Shown here piece by piece: positions 1 to 7,308 of a DNA stretch of 24,000 bases (position 1 is the stretch's first letter; each line of letters begins with the position of its first letter). The DNA is from Candidatus Micrarchaeota archaeon (GTDB lineage Archaea; Micrarchaeota; Micrarchaeia; Micrarchaeales; Micrarchaeaceae), in NCBI GenBank assembly GCA_021828155.1, contig JAKAST010000007.1, forward strand, positions 9,425 to 33,424, in the 5' to 3' direction. Made by a program: the position numbers and the translations under genes. Below the pieces are notes generated by a model. That model worked only from the letters and a program-made list of their open reading frames with translations. It made no database searches and was not told the origin of the DNA.

Positions 1-26
1 TAATAATAATACTGGGCGGGCTGTCG

Positions 27-872
27 GTGTACTTCGAGGGATACATTGCCGGCGGCGTGCTCACGCTTATCATAATTATAATCGTGCTATCGCTTTCTCT
101 CCGCGTAGTCAAGGAATGGGACAGGATGGCTGTGCTGAGGCTGGGCAAGTACGTCGGCATAATAGGCCCGGGCTTGTATGCCATAGTACCTGTACTCGAC
201 CGTACTCCTGTCATGGTCGACCTCCGCGTGCTGAGCACAGTCTTCAGCGCTGAGAAGACGCTCACCAAGGACAACGTGCCTGTCGATGTCGATGCAATAC
301 TGTTCTGGCAGGTCAAGAACCCCGAAAGGGCGGTGCTTGCCGTACAGAACTACATAGGCTCCGTGCAGCTGGCAGCGCAGACCGCCCTTAGGGACATAAT
401 CGGCAAGAACGAGCTTTCTGCAATGCTGTCAGGGCGCGACATAATAGGTGACGATATAAAGCAGCTCATAGAGGAGCGCATCTCGTCATGGGGTATAGAT
501 GCGATAAGCGTTGAGATACGCGATGTAACAATACCCGCAGAGCTGCAGAATGCGATGGCCAAGGTCGCAACTTCCGACAGGGAGAAGCAGGCGCGTGTGA
601 TACTTGCGGAGAGCGAGAGCCTCGCTGCAGACAAGATGCTCGAGGCGTCGAAGAAGTACCAGAGCGACGTGTATGCAATGCAACTCAGGGCCATGAACAT
701 GATGTACGAGATAAGCCTCGCCGGCAAGAACCTCATGGTGTTCGTGCCGGTGGAGAGCAAGGGCTTCTCGATACCCACACCAATAGGCACTCTGGGCGTA
801 GCTGACCTGCAGAAGATGTACAGCCAGACAATAGGTGGTACAGATACCAAGCAGGCGAAGAAGGGCAAGTAA
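27..872 (+). CDS. SPFH/Band-7 (stomatin-type) membrane protein
   Basis: 281-aa ORF with a GTG start. An N-terminal TM helix (GGVLTLIIIIIVLSLSL) is followed by RVVKEWDRMAVLRLGKY, GPGLYAIVPVLD, VDLRV and IRDVTIPAELQNAMA stretches typical of prokaryotic stomatins. Codon usage is host-typical ATA/AAG. Confidence 0.9.
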   Translation: MYFEGYIAGGVLTLIIIIIVLSLSLRVVKEWDRMAVLRLGKYVGIIGPGLYAIVPVLDRTPVMVDLRVLSTVFSAEKTLTKDNVPVDVDAILFWQVKNPERAVLAVQNYIGSVQLAAQTALRDIIGKNELSAMLSGRDIIGDDIKQLIEERISSWGIDAISVEIRDVTIPAELQNAMAKVATSDREKQARVILAESESLAADKMLEASKKYQSDVYAMQLRAMNMMYEISLAGKNLMVFVPVESKGFSIPTPIGTLGVADLQKMYSQTIGGTDTKQAKKGK

Positions 873-1305
873 GGCGCGGTCCAAGTACAGGCCGCGGCAC
901 AAGAAGCGCGCAGCTCCAGCCAGGTCCAAGCTCCCTGTCTACAAGCTCAAGAGCGACAGATACAGGAGGTCTAGGGTGAAGGCCAAGCTCATCGACATTT
1001 ATTGCGCCAATTGCGGCGCCCTTGCGCTGGTATACCAGAAGGACGCGCCCAGGGAAGCTCTGAGGCGCTGCTACATAGACCGCATATTCTGGCCCCCGAA
1101 GTACGAGGAGCTCCAGCATGCCAAACGGGCACTGGAGATCAGCGCGATGCCAAACCTGGTGTGCCTGAAATGCGGCACAATAATTGGTACCCCAATGCTG
1201 TATGAAAAGCACGGCGAGGAAAGGCTGGCATACAGAATGGTCCGCACGGCTTATGCAGCGAAGGACAGCACCCACAGTATAGGCAGAGATATCAAGGGCA
1301 GATGA
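835..1305 (+). CDS. Polybasic N-terminal tail plus CxxC...CxxC zinc-ribbon protein, function unknown
   Basis: The ORF has a GTG at 835 that overlaps the stomatin 3' end by 38 nt. An alternative GTG lies at 976, preceded by AGGAGG at 964-969. Two Cys pairs are present (CANCG and CLKCG). The stretch 873-975 is GC-rich and lacks any TATA-like box, which favours the long form with the R/K-rich tail. Confidence 0.55.
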   Translation: MVQIPSRRRRASKARSKYRPRHKKRAAPARSKLPVYKLKSDRYRRSRVKAKLIDIYCANCGALALVYQKDAPREALRRCYIDRIFWPPKYEELQHAKRALEISAMPNLVCLKCGTIIGTPMLYEKHGEERLAYRMVRTAYAAKDSTHSIGRDIKGR

Positions 1306-1391
1306 TAGTATTAGGCCCCCAATGGCAGAGAGCAAAGTGGAAAGGCCAAGTGCGCCGGATTGCCACAATGCGCAATGCAGGCCCTCGTCGT

Positions 1392-1399
1392 TTTATTAA
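1392..1399 (+). promoter_or_regulatory. TATA-box-like element (TTTATTAA) for the 1427 gene
   Basis: The A/T box lies 28-35 nt upstream of the ATG at 1427, in otherwise GC-rich spacer. This spacing implies a leaderless or very short-leader mRNA. Confidence 0.45.
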
Positions 1400-1426
1400 G
1401 CTTTTCCGATAAAGGTAGATGTTAGT

Positions 1427-1972
1427 ATGGCAGCTAGCAGGGGCATGGCTCCAGGCACCAAAGCGCTCACAGCGCTAGAGCGCGTAATCTATGCCAGCCT
1501 TCCAAGCCTGAAACGGCAACGATTGCTGGCCCTGGGGTGCGGCAGCATGCAGTTGCTAATCGCCATGAAACGCAGGCATCCATTGCTCTGGATAACCGTA
1601 CTGTCTGGCAGCCAGGCCGCGCTCAATAAAGCACTGGGCCTAGCAAACCGCGAAGGCGTAGTCATGAGGTTCATGGAGGGCAGCACAAGAGAGCTGCCGT
1701 TCGAGGATGAGAGCTTCAACGTACTGATAGGCTGCATGCCGCTTGTGCCAAACGACCCGATAAAGCGCTCCGAGACTCTCATGGAGTTCTACAGGGTGCT
1801 GCGCAGGTCTGGGCACGTTGTGATAACCAGTGCATCGCGGAAGCGAGGCTTCGAGTTCGCGCTCGAGGGTTCAGGCTTCGAGCAGGTCAAGGTGCAGAAA
1901 ACTGCAAGGGTTTACGTCTACACTGCTATAAAAGTGGAGCCAGAGCAGCTGCTCTCGCAGCCCGGGGAATGA
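1427..1972 (+). CDS. Class I SAM-dependent methyltransferase-fold protein (Methyltransf_11-like), divergent motifs
   Basis: 181 aa. Motif I-like LLALGCGSMQ, motif II-like PFEDESFNVLIGCMPL and motif III-like FYRVLRRSGHVVIT are present. The acidic residues usually found after motif I and strand beta2 are not obvious. Confidence 0.65.
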   Translation: MAASRGMAPGTKALTALERVIYASLPSLKRQRLLALGCGSMQLLIAMKRRHPLLWITVLSGSQAALNKALGLANREGVVMRFMEGSTRELPFEDESFNVLIGCMPLVPNDPIKRSETLMEFYRVLRRSGHVVITSASRKRGFEFALEGSGFEQVKVQKTARVYVYTAIKVEPEQLLSQPGE

Positions 1973-1976
1973 TACT

Positions 1977-2609
1977 ATGAGGAGCGCAGATATAGCAACT
2001 ATAGTCCGCACTGCGCTGATAGTGCTGTTCGCATACTTGGTGCTTCTGAAGTTCAATGTCATCGCTATAATAGCGCTCTTTGCCTTCATATTGGCATTAG
2101 ACGGCATAGACGGATTTCTTGCTGTAAGGGAAGAAAGCAATGGCAAGACAAGCTTCGCGTATTATCTCCGTTCGGCGCTGGGAAACGAAGAGGCGCATGC
2201 CCGCGTCAAGGAGATAAAGCTCTCGCTCTCCAAGAGGGCGCCGCACGGTGCGCGAATCGATGTCGCAGGAGACCGTGTTGTCGAGTACGTCCCGTGGCTG
2301 CTCTTCATGTTCGTGCACATAGTGCCGATGTTCGTAGTTATAATAATAGTGATAAGGCACTCGTTTGCCGATGCGCTCATGGTGTCAAAGGGCACATCGT
2401 CTAAGATGAAATCAGGGTTTGTACGCGCGGTCTATGCGTCTAATGCATCGCGCGCAGGCATAAACATAATGAAGTTCATCACATTCTCGTACCTCGCGTT
2501 GGTCTACGTGCTCGCATATCCGCTCTGGATAGGATATGTGCTTATCGGCATACTTGTTGCATACGTGCTTGTGCGGGGTGCGGCCGAGATATACGAATCG
2601 CTGAAGTGA
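1977..2609 (+). CDS. CDP-alcohol phosphatidyltransferase family membrane protein (atypical spacing of signature)
   Basis: 210 aa and multi-TM. It carries DGIDGFLAVR followed later by GARIDVAGDR, i.e. D-x2-DG-x2-A-x-R ... G-x3-D-x3-D. The ATG is 4 nt after the stop of the preceding gene. Confidence 0.7.
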   Translation: MRSADIATIVRTALIVLFAYLVLLKFNVIAIIALFAFILALDGIDGFLAVREESNGKTSFAYYLRSALGNEEAHARVKEIKLSLSKRAPHGARIDVAGDRVVEYVPWLLFMFVHIVPMFVVIIIVIRHSFADALMVSKGTSSKMKSGFVRAVYASNASRAGINIMKFITFSYLALVYVLAYPLWIGYVLIGILVAYVLVRGAAEIYESLK

Positions 2610-2644
2610 GGCATTCCACACGCCGCAAAGCATAAAAATCAGGG

Positions 2645-3577
2645 TTGCCTATCAAAATCGATACAATGCTTGGCATAGATGCGCTGAAACGGGCATGGAG
2701 CATAATAGTGCACCCCGGCCGTGTTTCCAAGACTATGGAGCCCGTTCAAGCCCTAAAGTTCTTCTATAAGGTAGCTGCGATCCCGCTCATAATAAGCATC
2801 ATCATTGCAGGTGCCCTTGCGCTTGTAACCGGCGCTGCGACCGCTGCCATAGCTGTAATCTTAGTGCTCCTTGGGGTGCTTGTCTACATACCAATCAGCA
2901 TTGTGGTCAGCGCAGCCATATACCATTTCTTCGCCAAGGTGCTGTTCCACGTCTGGCATCAGCCATTCAAGTACACTATGACGGCAGTCCTGTATGGCGT
3001 ACTTCCCGAGTTGCTGTTCATATGGCTGTCCGTAATCCCGGTTGTCGGACGCATAATACTGATAGTGCTGGCAATCTGGTCGTTCATAGTGCTTATAATC
3101 TCCATAGCTAGACAGCAGAGAGTCAGCGGCTGGCGCGCCTTCGGGGGCATACTGATCCCAGTCGCCATAGGATTTCTGGTAATACTAGGCATACTGTTTT
3201 TGCTGTTTTTGGTCGGCTTCCTGCTCGGCTCCGGCACCCTCTCATCACTAGGCGCCACATGCCTGGCGCTGCCAGGGTACGCGTGCACTTCAGTTAGCTA
3301 TTCCAGCGGGTACCTGACTGTGACCGTTGCCCAAGTGACCGGCAACAACTGGGCTAGCGTCGATTTGGCGTTTGTTCCTGCAGGCACTAATGCAACCACG
3401 GCCTCATATGTGCCGGTTGCAGGCGGTATGGCATCAGGGGCCCCAGTTACGGTTTCCCTGCCTGTGGGTATGCATAGCGGCTCCTCAGCTATATCTGGTG
3501 CGATATGGGCGAGCTACAAGCTCACAACTTCGCAGGCGGCGCCATACACTGCAGAGATTGCAACTGCCACCACATAA
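2645..3577 (+). CDS. Polytopic membrane protein (Yip1-like topology) with C-terminal extracytoplasmic Cys-pair domain
   Basis: 310-aa ORF with a TTG at 2645 and the first ATG at 2666. There are about 5-6 hydrophobic helices up to residue ~195. These are followed by a Ser/Thr/Ala/Val-rich, beta-strand-like tail with C206/C214 and one NAT sequon. Confidence 0.6.
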   Translation: MPIKIDTMLGIDALKRAWSIIVHPGRVSKTMEPVQALKFFYKVAAIPLIISIIIAGALALVTGAATAAIAVILVLLGVLVYIPISIVVSAAIYHFFAKVLFHVWHQPFKYTMTAVLYGVLPELLFIWLSVIPVVGRIILIVLAIWSFIVLIISIARQQRVSGWRAFGGILIPVAIGFLVILGILFLLFLVGFLLGSGTLSSLGATCLALPGYACTSVSYSSGYLTVTVAQVTGNNWASVDLAFVPAGTNATTASYVPVAGGMASGAPVTVSLPVGMHSGSSAISGAIWASYKLTTSQAAPYTAEIATATT

Positions 3578-3650
3578 TAATACAAGCTACCGCAAAGTAG
3601 TTTTAGCATCAGGTAGTGCATGCCAAACTCCGTCAATAATAAATATCTGA

Positions 3651-4823
3651 ATGCGTCCATCAGTTCGCGATGCTAGGCGGATTGACATGGAACGGGTAAA
3701 GAGAACGTTTGCACGCATGCTGGCCGACAGGGACTATGACCTACTGGTCGCCACGCCCTCATTTCCGAATGGCAACAAAGACTTCGATGCAAGCTTCGTT
3801 TTTCCAGAGATCGCCTCGCAGGCTGCAGTCGCAGCACACGCACGCAATGCGCTTCGCGTATTGAACGAGACCAGAAACATTGAAGAGACGGAGAGGCGCG
3901 TAGGAAAGGAGGATGTGAAGCTAGCCCTAGTCTGTCTGCTCTATAAACAGAAAGGTCTGACAGACTTCAGATACAGCATGGAGCATGGCAACACGAACTT
4001 CTTCCCATGGTTCGAGGTTGCCTATATGGCCCAAGGAACCGCCAAGTCGGGCAAGAATGGTTTTGCCGTCAGTGCTGCCTCGAACGTGCTGAACAACCTG
4101 AATATCAACGTCACCCAACATGAGAATACCTTCAAGCGTTCCAATAGTTACGTTCTTCTTCCTAACACAGTCTCGCCAGAGGGATATAATCTCGTAGTCG
4201 TAAGGGCAGGTTCGGCCGACGGAGTCTTGGATAAACTCTTGCGTAACAACCTATTCAGATTTGAGGCGCATGGAACCGCCGGAGGCGAATACAGGTACTT
4301 TTGGATCAATGCGCAGGTGATCTCCAAACTCCAGGCGGAATTTGAATTCGAACGCAGTGTGACGGGCTTCATCTCCAAATATATATCAAACACCCGCTTT
4401 ACCTCATACGCGGGTAATGTCCCGTACGAGGATGTGGTGGAAGTTGCAGCGAGCAGGTTGACACTCAAAAATGTATACGATTTCGCTGCTGGAATCGTCG
4501 ACACGAATGCATACGATAGCTGGTCACATATGCCAGGGCATGTAAAAGACCACTTTGGCATTGTCCAAAAGAAACTTGCGGCCATACTGGTCGGGCTTAA
4601 CGCGGAATCAAAGCGCAATGTCGGGATAGCGTTGGTGCAGGGCATACTGGACGAGGTCGACTATAAGGCAAAAGAAAGGTTGAGGCAGGTGCGCTCCGAA
4701 CCATTCCATAATATGATAAGGGAGCTGCTCAACGAAATTCCATGGCTGCGCTCTGACAGTAGGCTTAGTTCATTCCTGCGCACGGGTAATGATTTAGCTG
4801 GCAGTGACATTCATGCTCGCTAA
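3651..4823 (+). CDS. Hypothetical soluble protein, no recognisable family; atypical codon usage
   Basis: 390-aa ORF. An alternative ATG at 3687 fits the AATAATAAATAT box at 3635-3646 better. There is no TM segment. Ile codons are mixed ATC/ATT/ATA, and AAA, AAT, GAT and GAA are frequent, unlike the neighbouring genes. Confidence 0.6.
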   Translation: MRPSVRDARRIDMERVKRTFARMLADRDYDLLVATPSFPNGNKDFDASFVFPEIASQAAVAAHARNALRVLNETRNIEETERRVGKEDVKLALVCLLYKQKGLTDFRYSMEHGNTNFFPWFEVAYMAQGTAKSGKNGFAVSAASNVLNNLNINVTQHENTFKRSNSYVLLPNTVSPEGYNLVVVRAGSADGVLDKLLRNNLFRFEAHGTAGGEYRYFWINAQVISKLQAEFEFERSVTGFISKYISNTRFTSYAGNVPYEDVVEVAASRLTLKNVYDFAAGIVDTNAYDSWSHMPGHVKDHFGIVQKKLAAILVGLNAESKRNVGIALVQGILDEVDYKAKERLRQVRSEPFHNMIRELLNEIPWLRSDSRLSSFLRTGNDLAGSDIHAR

Positions 4824-6233
4824 TGCTCCATCCTCGCCGGATACGCTGACTGTGTAGGTCAGGTTGGCTATGATTGCTGTGCCTAAATGGCTCTCCCCAA
4901 AGATCACAGGCCCGTTGTACAGAAGCGTTACATTCTGTCCCGGTGCAAGCGAGTAGCCGTTCTGGCCCTCAGCCTCTGCCTCTGTGAACGGCAGCGAGAG
5001 CGTGCCGTTAGTTGTTACTATGAAGTTGAGCACGTTGTGGTAGTTGTGCATATAAGTCTCGGCCTCGCCTATCACCGCATGCAGTTCGGGGCTGGAGATG
5101 TTGAAGTTATGCATTCCTTCCATTACGCTGGCATTTATCCTTCTGTTCATGTAGAGCATGAAGTTGCGCACCTGCGTAGCGTTGGCGCTTATGTTGAGGG
5201 CATGGAGCATTGCTGCCACGCTGCTGTTGCTGCTGAAGTTGAGGTGCTGTGCCATAAGCTTGTACATCGTTGAGGAATTGAGGCCTAGCGCCTCCCCTAT
5301 GTCTGCTGCCTCATTGAGATGCCCAGATAAATCTGAACCACCGAGCATGCCTGATATGCTCGTATTCATCATGCCGAACGGCTCCGCCTCTATGCCTGAG
5401 CCGGCACCGTAGCCGTAAGCGCCAGCCGTCGGGACCATGCCGGTAGCAGTGTTCGATGTGAACACTGCGCGCATGTAGCCGAACAGCATCACGTGCTTAA
5501 GCACTACAGACGCGTTGCCGTTGTTGCGCACATCAACCTGCAGCAATGTGCTATTGCCGGATTCTGCAAGGCTCGCGCTTGTTATCGCTATGCTGGCGCC
5601 TGTCTGGTTGAGCGCCTCGCTTGCCCTGGTGCCTATGCGCTCCCGCGTTCCCACACGCAGCGATGCGCTGCTGACAGCGCTGCTGCCTATTACTACAGCC
5701 TTCAGCGAGGGCACGAGCACGAAGACTTCCTGCGTTCCTGTGTATATCTGAACTACCGCGGGCGTCATGTCTATCACAGCGACGCCGTTGGTGGAATTGA
5801 GCCTCGCATTGAGCCTGACTAGCAGGCTGGAGCTTGGCACGGTAACTGGATAGCTAGTGCCGTTTATTGTTATACTGGCGCTTGTTATGCTGAACCTTAT
5901 CATATCAAAGCTCTGGGTCTGGTTAACCTTTGCGTACGCTATGGTCTGCGTGAAGTTGGTCAGGTTCATAAGGTTAACTGTGCCGCTTGCATTTACGTCA
6001 ACGAAACCCGTGGCGTTTGAGGTGCCCACCTCATGCAGCTGCACCGATGAGTAGGTTATGAAGAGCGATTGCGTGCCGTTCGGCGCAAGCGGTGGGTCTG
6101 TGAGCTGCAGCACGACAGCGCCGCTCTGCACCGATGGCTGAGCAGGCCTCATGTAGGCCGCCACAGCGTACAGCGCCGCCACTATTACTATTATCCCTAT
6201 TATGTATCCTGCTATCCTGCCCTTGCTGGCCAT
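4794..6233 (-). CDS. Membrane-anchored, sequon-rich surface protein with DUF4382-like N-terminal domain
   Basis: 479 aa. An N-terminal signal-anchor (GYIIGIIVIVAALYAVAAY) is followed by VVLQLTDPPLAP...VDVNASGTVNLMNL...IRFSITSASITINGTSYPVTVPSS...IDMTP, which matches my recollection of the DUF4382 pattern. I hand-counted about two dozen N-x-S/T sequons. Confidence 0.75.
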   Translation of the reverse strand: MASKGRIAGYIIGIIVIVAALYAVAAYMRPAQPSVQSGAVVLQLTDPPLAPNGTQSLFITYSSVQLHEVGTSNATGFVDVNASGTVNLMNLTNFTQTIAYAKVNQTQSFDMIRFSITSASITINGTSYPVTVPSSSLLVRLNARLNSTNGVAVIDMTPAVVQIYTGTQEVFVLVPSLKAVVIGSSAVSSASLRVGTRERIGTRASEALNQTGASIAITSASLAESGNSTLLQVDVRNNGNASVVLKHVMLFGYMRAVFTSNTATGMVPTAGAYGYGAGSGIEAEPFGMMNTSISGMLGGSDLSGHLNEAADIGEALGLNSSTMYKLMAQHLNFSSNSSVAAMLHALNISANATQVRNFMLYMNRRINASVMEGMHNFNISSPELHAVIGEAETYMHNYHNVLNFIVTTNGTLSLPFTEAEAEGQNGYSLAPGQNVTLLYNGPVIFGESHLGTAIIANLTYTVSVSGEDGALASMNVTAS

Positions 6234-6260
6234 CCAAATACCCAGAAGTAATATGCGTCA

Positions 6261-6270
6261 AATATTAAAA
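6261..6270 (-). promoter_or_regulatory. TATA-box-like element (TTTTAATATT on minus strand) for the 6233 gene
   Basis: The box lies 28-37 nt upstream of the ATG at 6233 on the minus strand. Confidence 0.45.
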
Positions 6271-6346
6271 AGCGCTGCCCTGCAACCTTGGGTACTTAGC
6301 ATAAGGGGTCCGCAGAAATCGGGCAGATCGCATTTGCTTCGGCGCC

Positions 6347-6736
6347 TCACTCACTGCCAGCGCTTGCGCCATTTGCGTCTACGCACCGGATTATGCTTCT
6401 GCTCTCTATCCTGTCGCTCACGGCGCCGTCCTCGTCGTATGCGTACGCTGTCATGTCAAGCGCATACTCGTCAGGCACACTGTTGGTCCCGGTATAGAGC
6501 CGGACCTGCTTCTCTTTAACCCCGTGTGGCTGCAATATGCCGATTCTGGTCCTGCCCTGGAGCAGCTCTCCATCATGCTCGAACGAGAGAGGCCTGGCCG
6601 CCCTAATGTCGCACTCGCACCAGTAAGACTTGTCTGGGTCTGTGTTCTCCAGCCTGAGTGTCATAACAATCTCGTTCTTTGCATAGGCCTTCAAGTCCTT
6701 CGGCTCGAACGTTGCGCTGATGTTTATGAGCCCCAT
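6347..6736 (-). CDS. Hypothetical small soluble protein (beta-rich)
   Basis: 129-aa ORF with an ATG start and host-like codon usage. The minus-strand box GCATATAATC at 6768-6777 lies about 35 nt upstream. I recognise no family. Confidence 0.55.
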   Translation of the reverse strand: MGLINISATFEPKDLKAYAKNEIVMTLRLENTDPDKSYWCECDIRAARPLSFEHDGELLQGRTRIGILQPHGVKEKQVRLYTGTNSVPDEYALDMTAYAYDEDGAVSDRIESRSIIRCVDANGASAGSE

Positions 6737-6767
6737 GCAGTCGCCATACTGGTCATTTTCCGCCAGC

Positions 6768-6796
6768 GATTATATGCTCACACTAAAGAATATATA
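6768..6796. promoter_or_regulatory. Divergent promoter region with two TATA-like boxes
   Basis: GATTATATGC at 6768-6777 would serve the minus gene that starts at 6736. AATATATA at 6789-6796 would serve the plus gene that starts at 6847, which has GAAGG about 10 nt before its TTG. Confidence 0.4.
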
Positions 6797-6846
6797 CCTT
6801 AACGGCTTATCCATACTGTTTACCCGCAGCGCAGAAGGCTGATTGT

Positions 6847-7305
6847 TTGGAGCTCAACGAATCGAAGCTGATAGAGAACGAGGTAACGCTGAGAAACCTG
6901 CGCCTCACGAAGGAGGTAGTTGAGACACGCAGATCAATGGTGCGGTGGCTTGCGCTGTCGCTAGGCATAATAAACCCGGGCGAGACAAGGCTCAGCGCAT
7001 TGGGGGTGCTCGATGCGATGCTGTACTTCCAGTTCACCAAGCGGCAGGATCCGAGCGTAGAGGAACTGTCAGACTACATAGGCAAGACGTGGGGTGGCCT
7101 GAACGAGAAAACGCTTCGGTACCACCTGCTCCAGCTGAAGAATGCCAACATAATAACACACTCAAAGGGCAGATACTCATTCGTGAGGTCTGAGAACAGC
7201 GAACCGTACGACGAGCTCGCATGGATCGACAACTATTTCAGCAGCGAGCTCGCTCCAATACGCGACAAGGTCTCTACAGTCATAAGGGAGCTGAAGGGCA
7301 GGTAA
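6847..7305 (+). CDS. Winged-helix (ArsR-like) DNA-binding protein, putative transcription regulator
   Basis: 152 aa with a TTG start. The segment EELSDYIGKTWGGLNEKTLRYHLLQLKNANIITHSKGRYSF reads as a helix-turn-helix followed by a wing. The stop is 3 nt before the next gene's GTG. Confidence 0.65.
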   Translation: MELNESKLIENEVTLRNLRLTKEVVETRRSMVRWLALSLGIINPGETRLSALGVLDAMLYFQFTKRQDPSVEELSDYIGKTWGGLNEKTLRYHLLQLKNANIITHSKGRYSFVRSENSEPYDELAWIDNYFSSELAPIRDKVSTVIRELKGR

Positions 7306-7308
7306 GCG

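Noticed and set aside
350-1368. Minus-strand ORFs 350..868, 466..678, 486..929 and 733..1368, antisense to the stomatin and zinc-ribbon genes.
   Set aside because: They overlap a strongly motif-supported plus-strand gene. Their translations are low-complexity (Ser/Ala/Arg/Cys-rich) with no motifs, as expected for antisense frames of moderately GC-rich coding DNA.
4692-4709. R-x4-H (RSEPFH) as evidence that the 390-aa orphan is a HEPN RNase.
   Set aside because: I did not adopt this as an annotation. A six-residue pattern is expected by chance in a protein of this size, and I cannot verify the surrounding four-helix topology. It is kept only as a hint within the orphan finding.
6202-6519. 105-aa Arg-rich plus-strand ORF spanning the 6234-6346 spacer and the 3' end of the 129-aa gene.
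   Set aside because: Its composition is Arg/Leu/Ser/Cys low-complexity. It overlaps both the start of the minus gene at 6233 and the minus gene at 6347-6736. The spacer is better explained by the minus-strand TATA box at 6261-6270.
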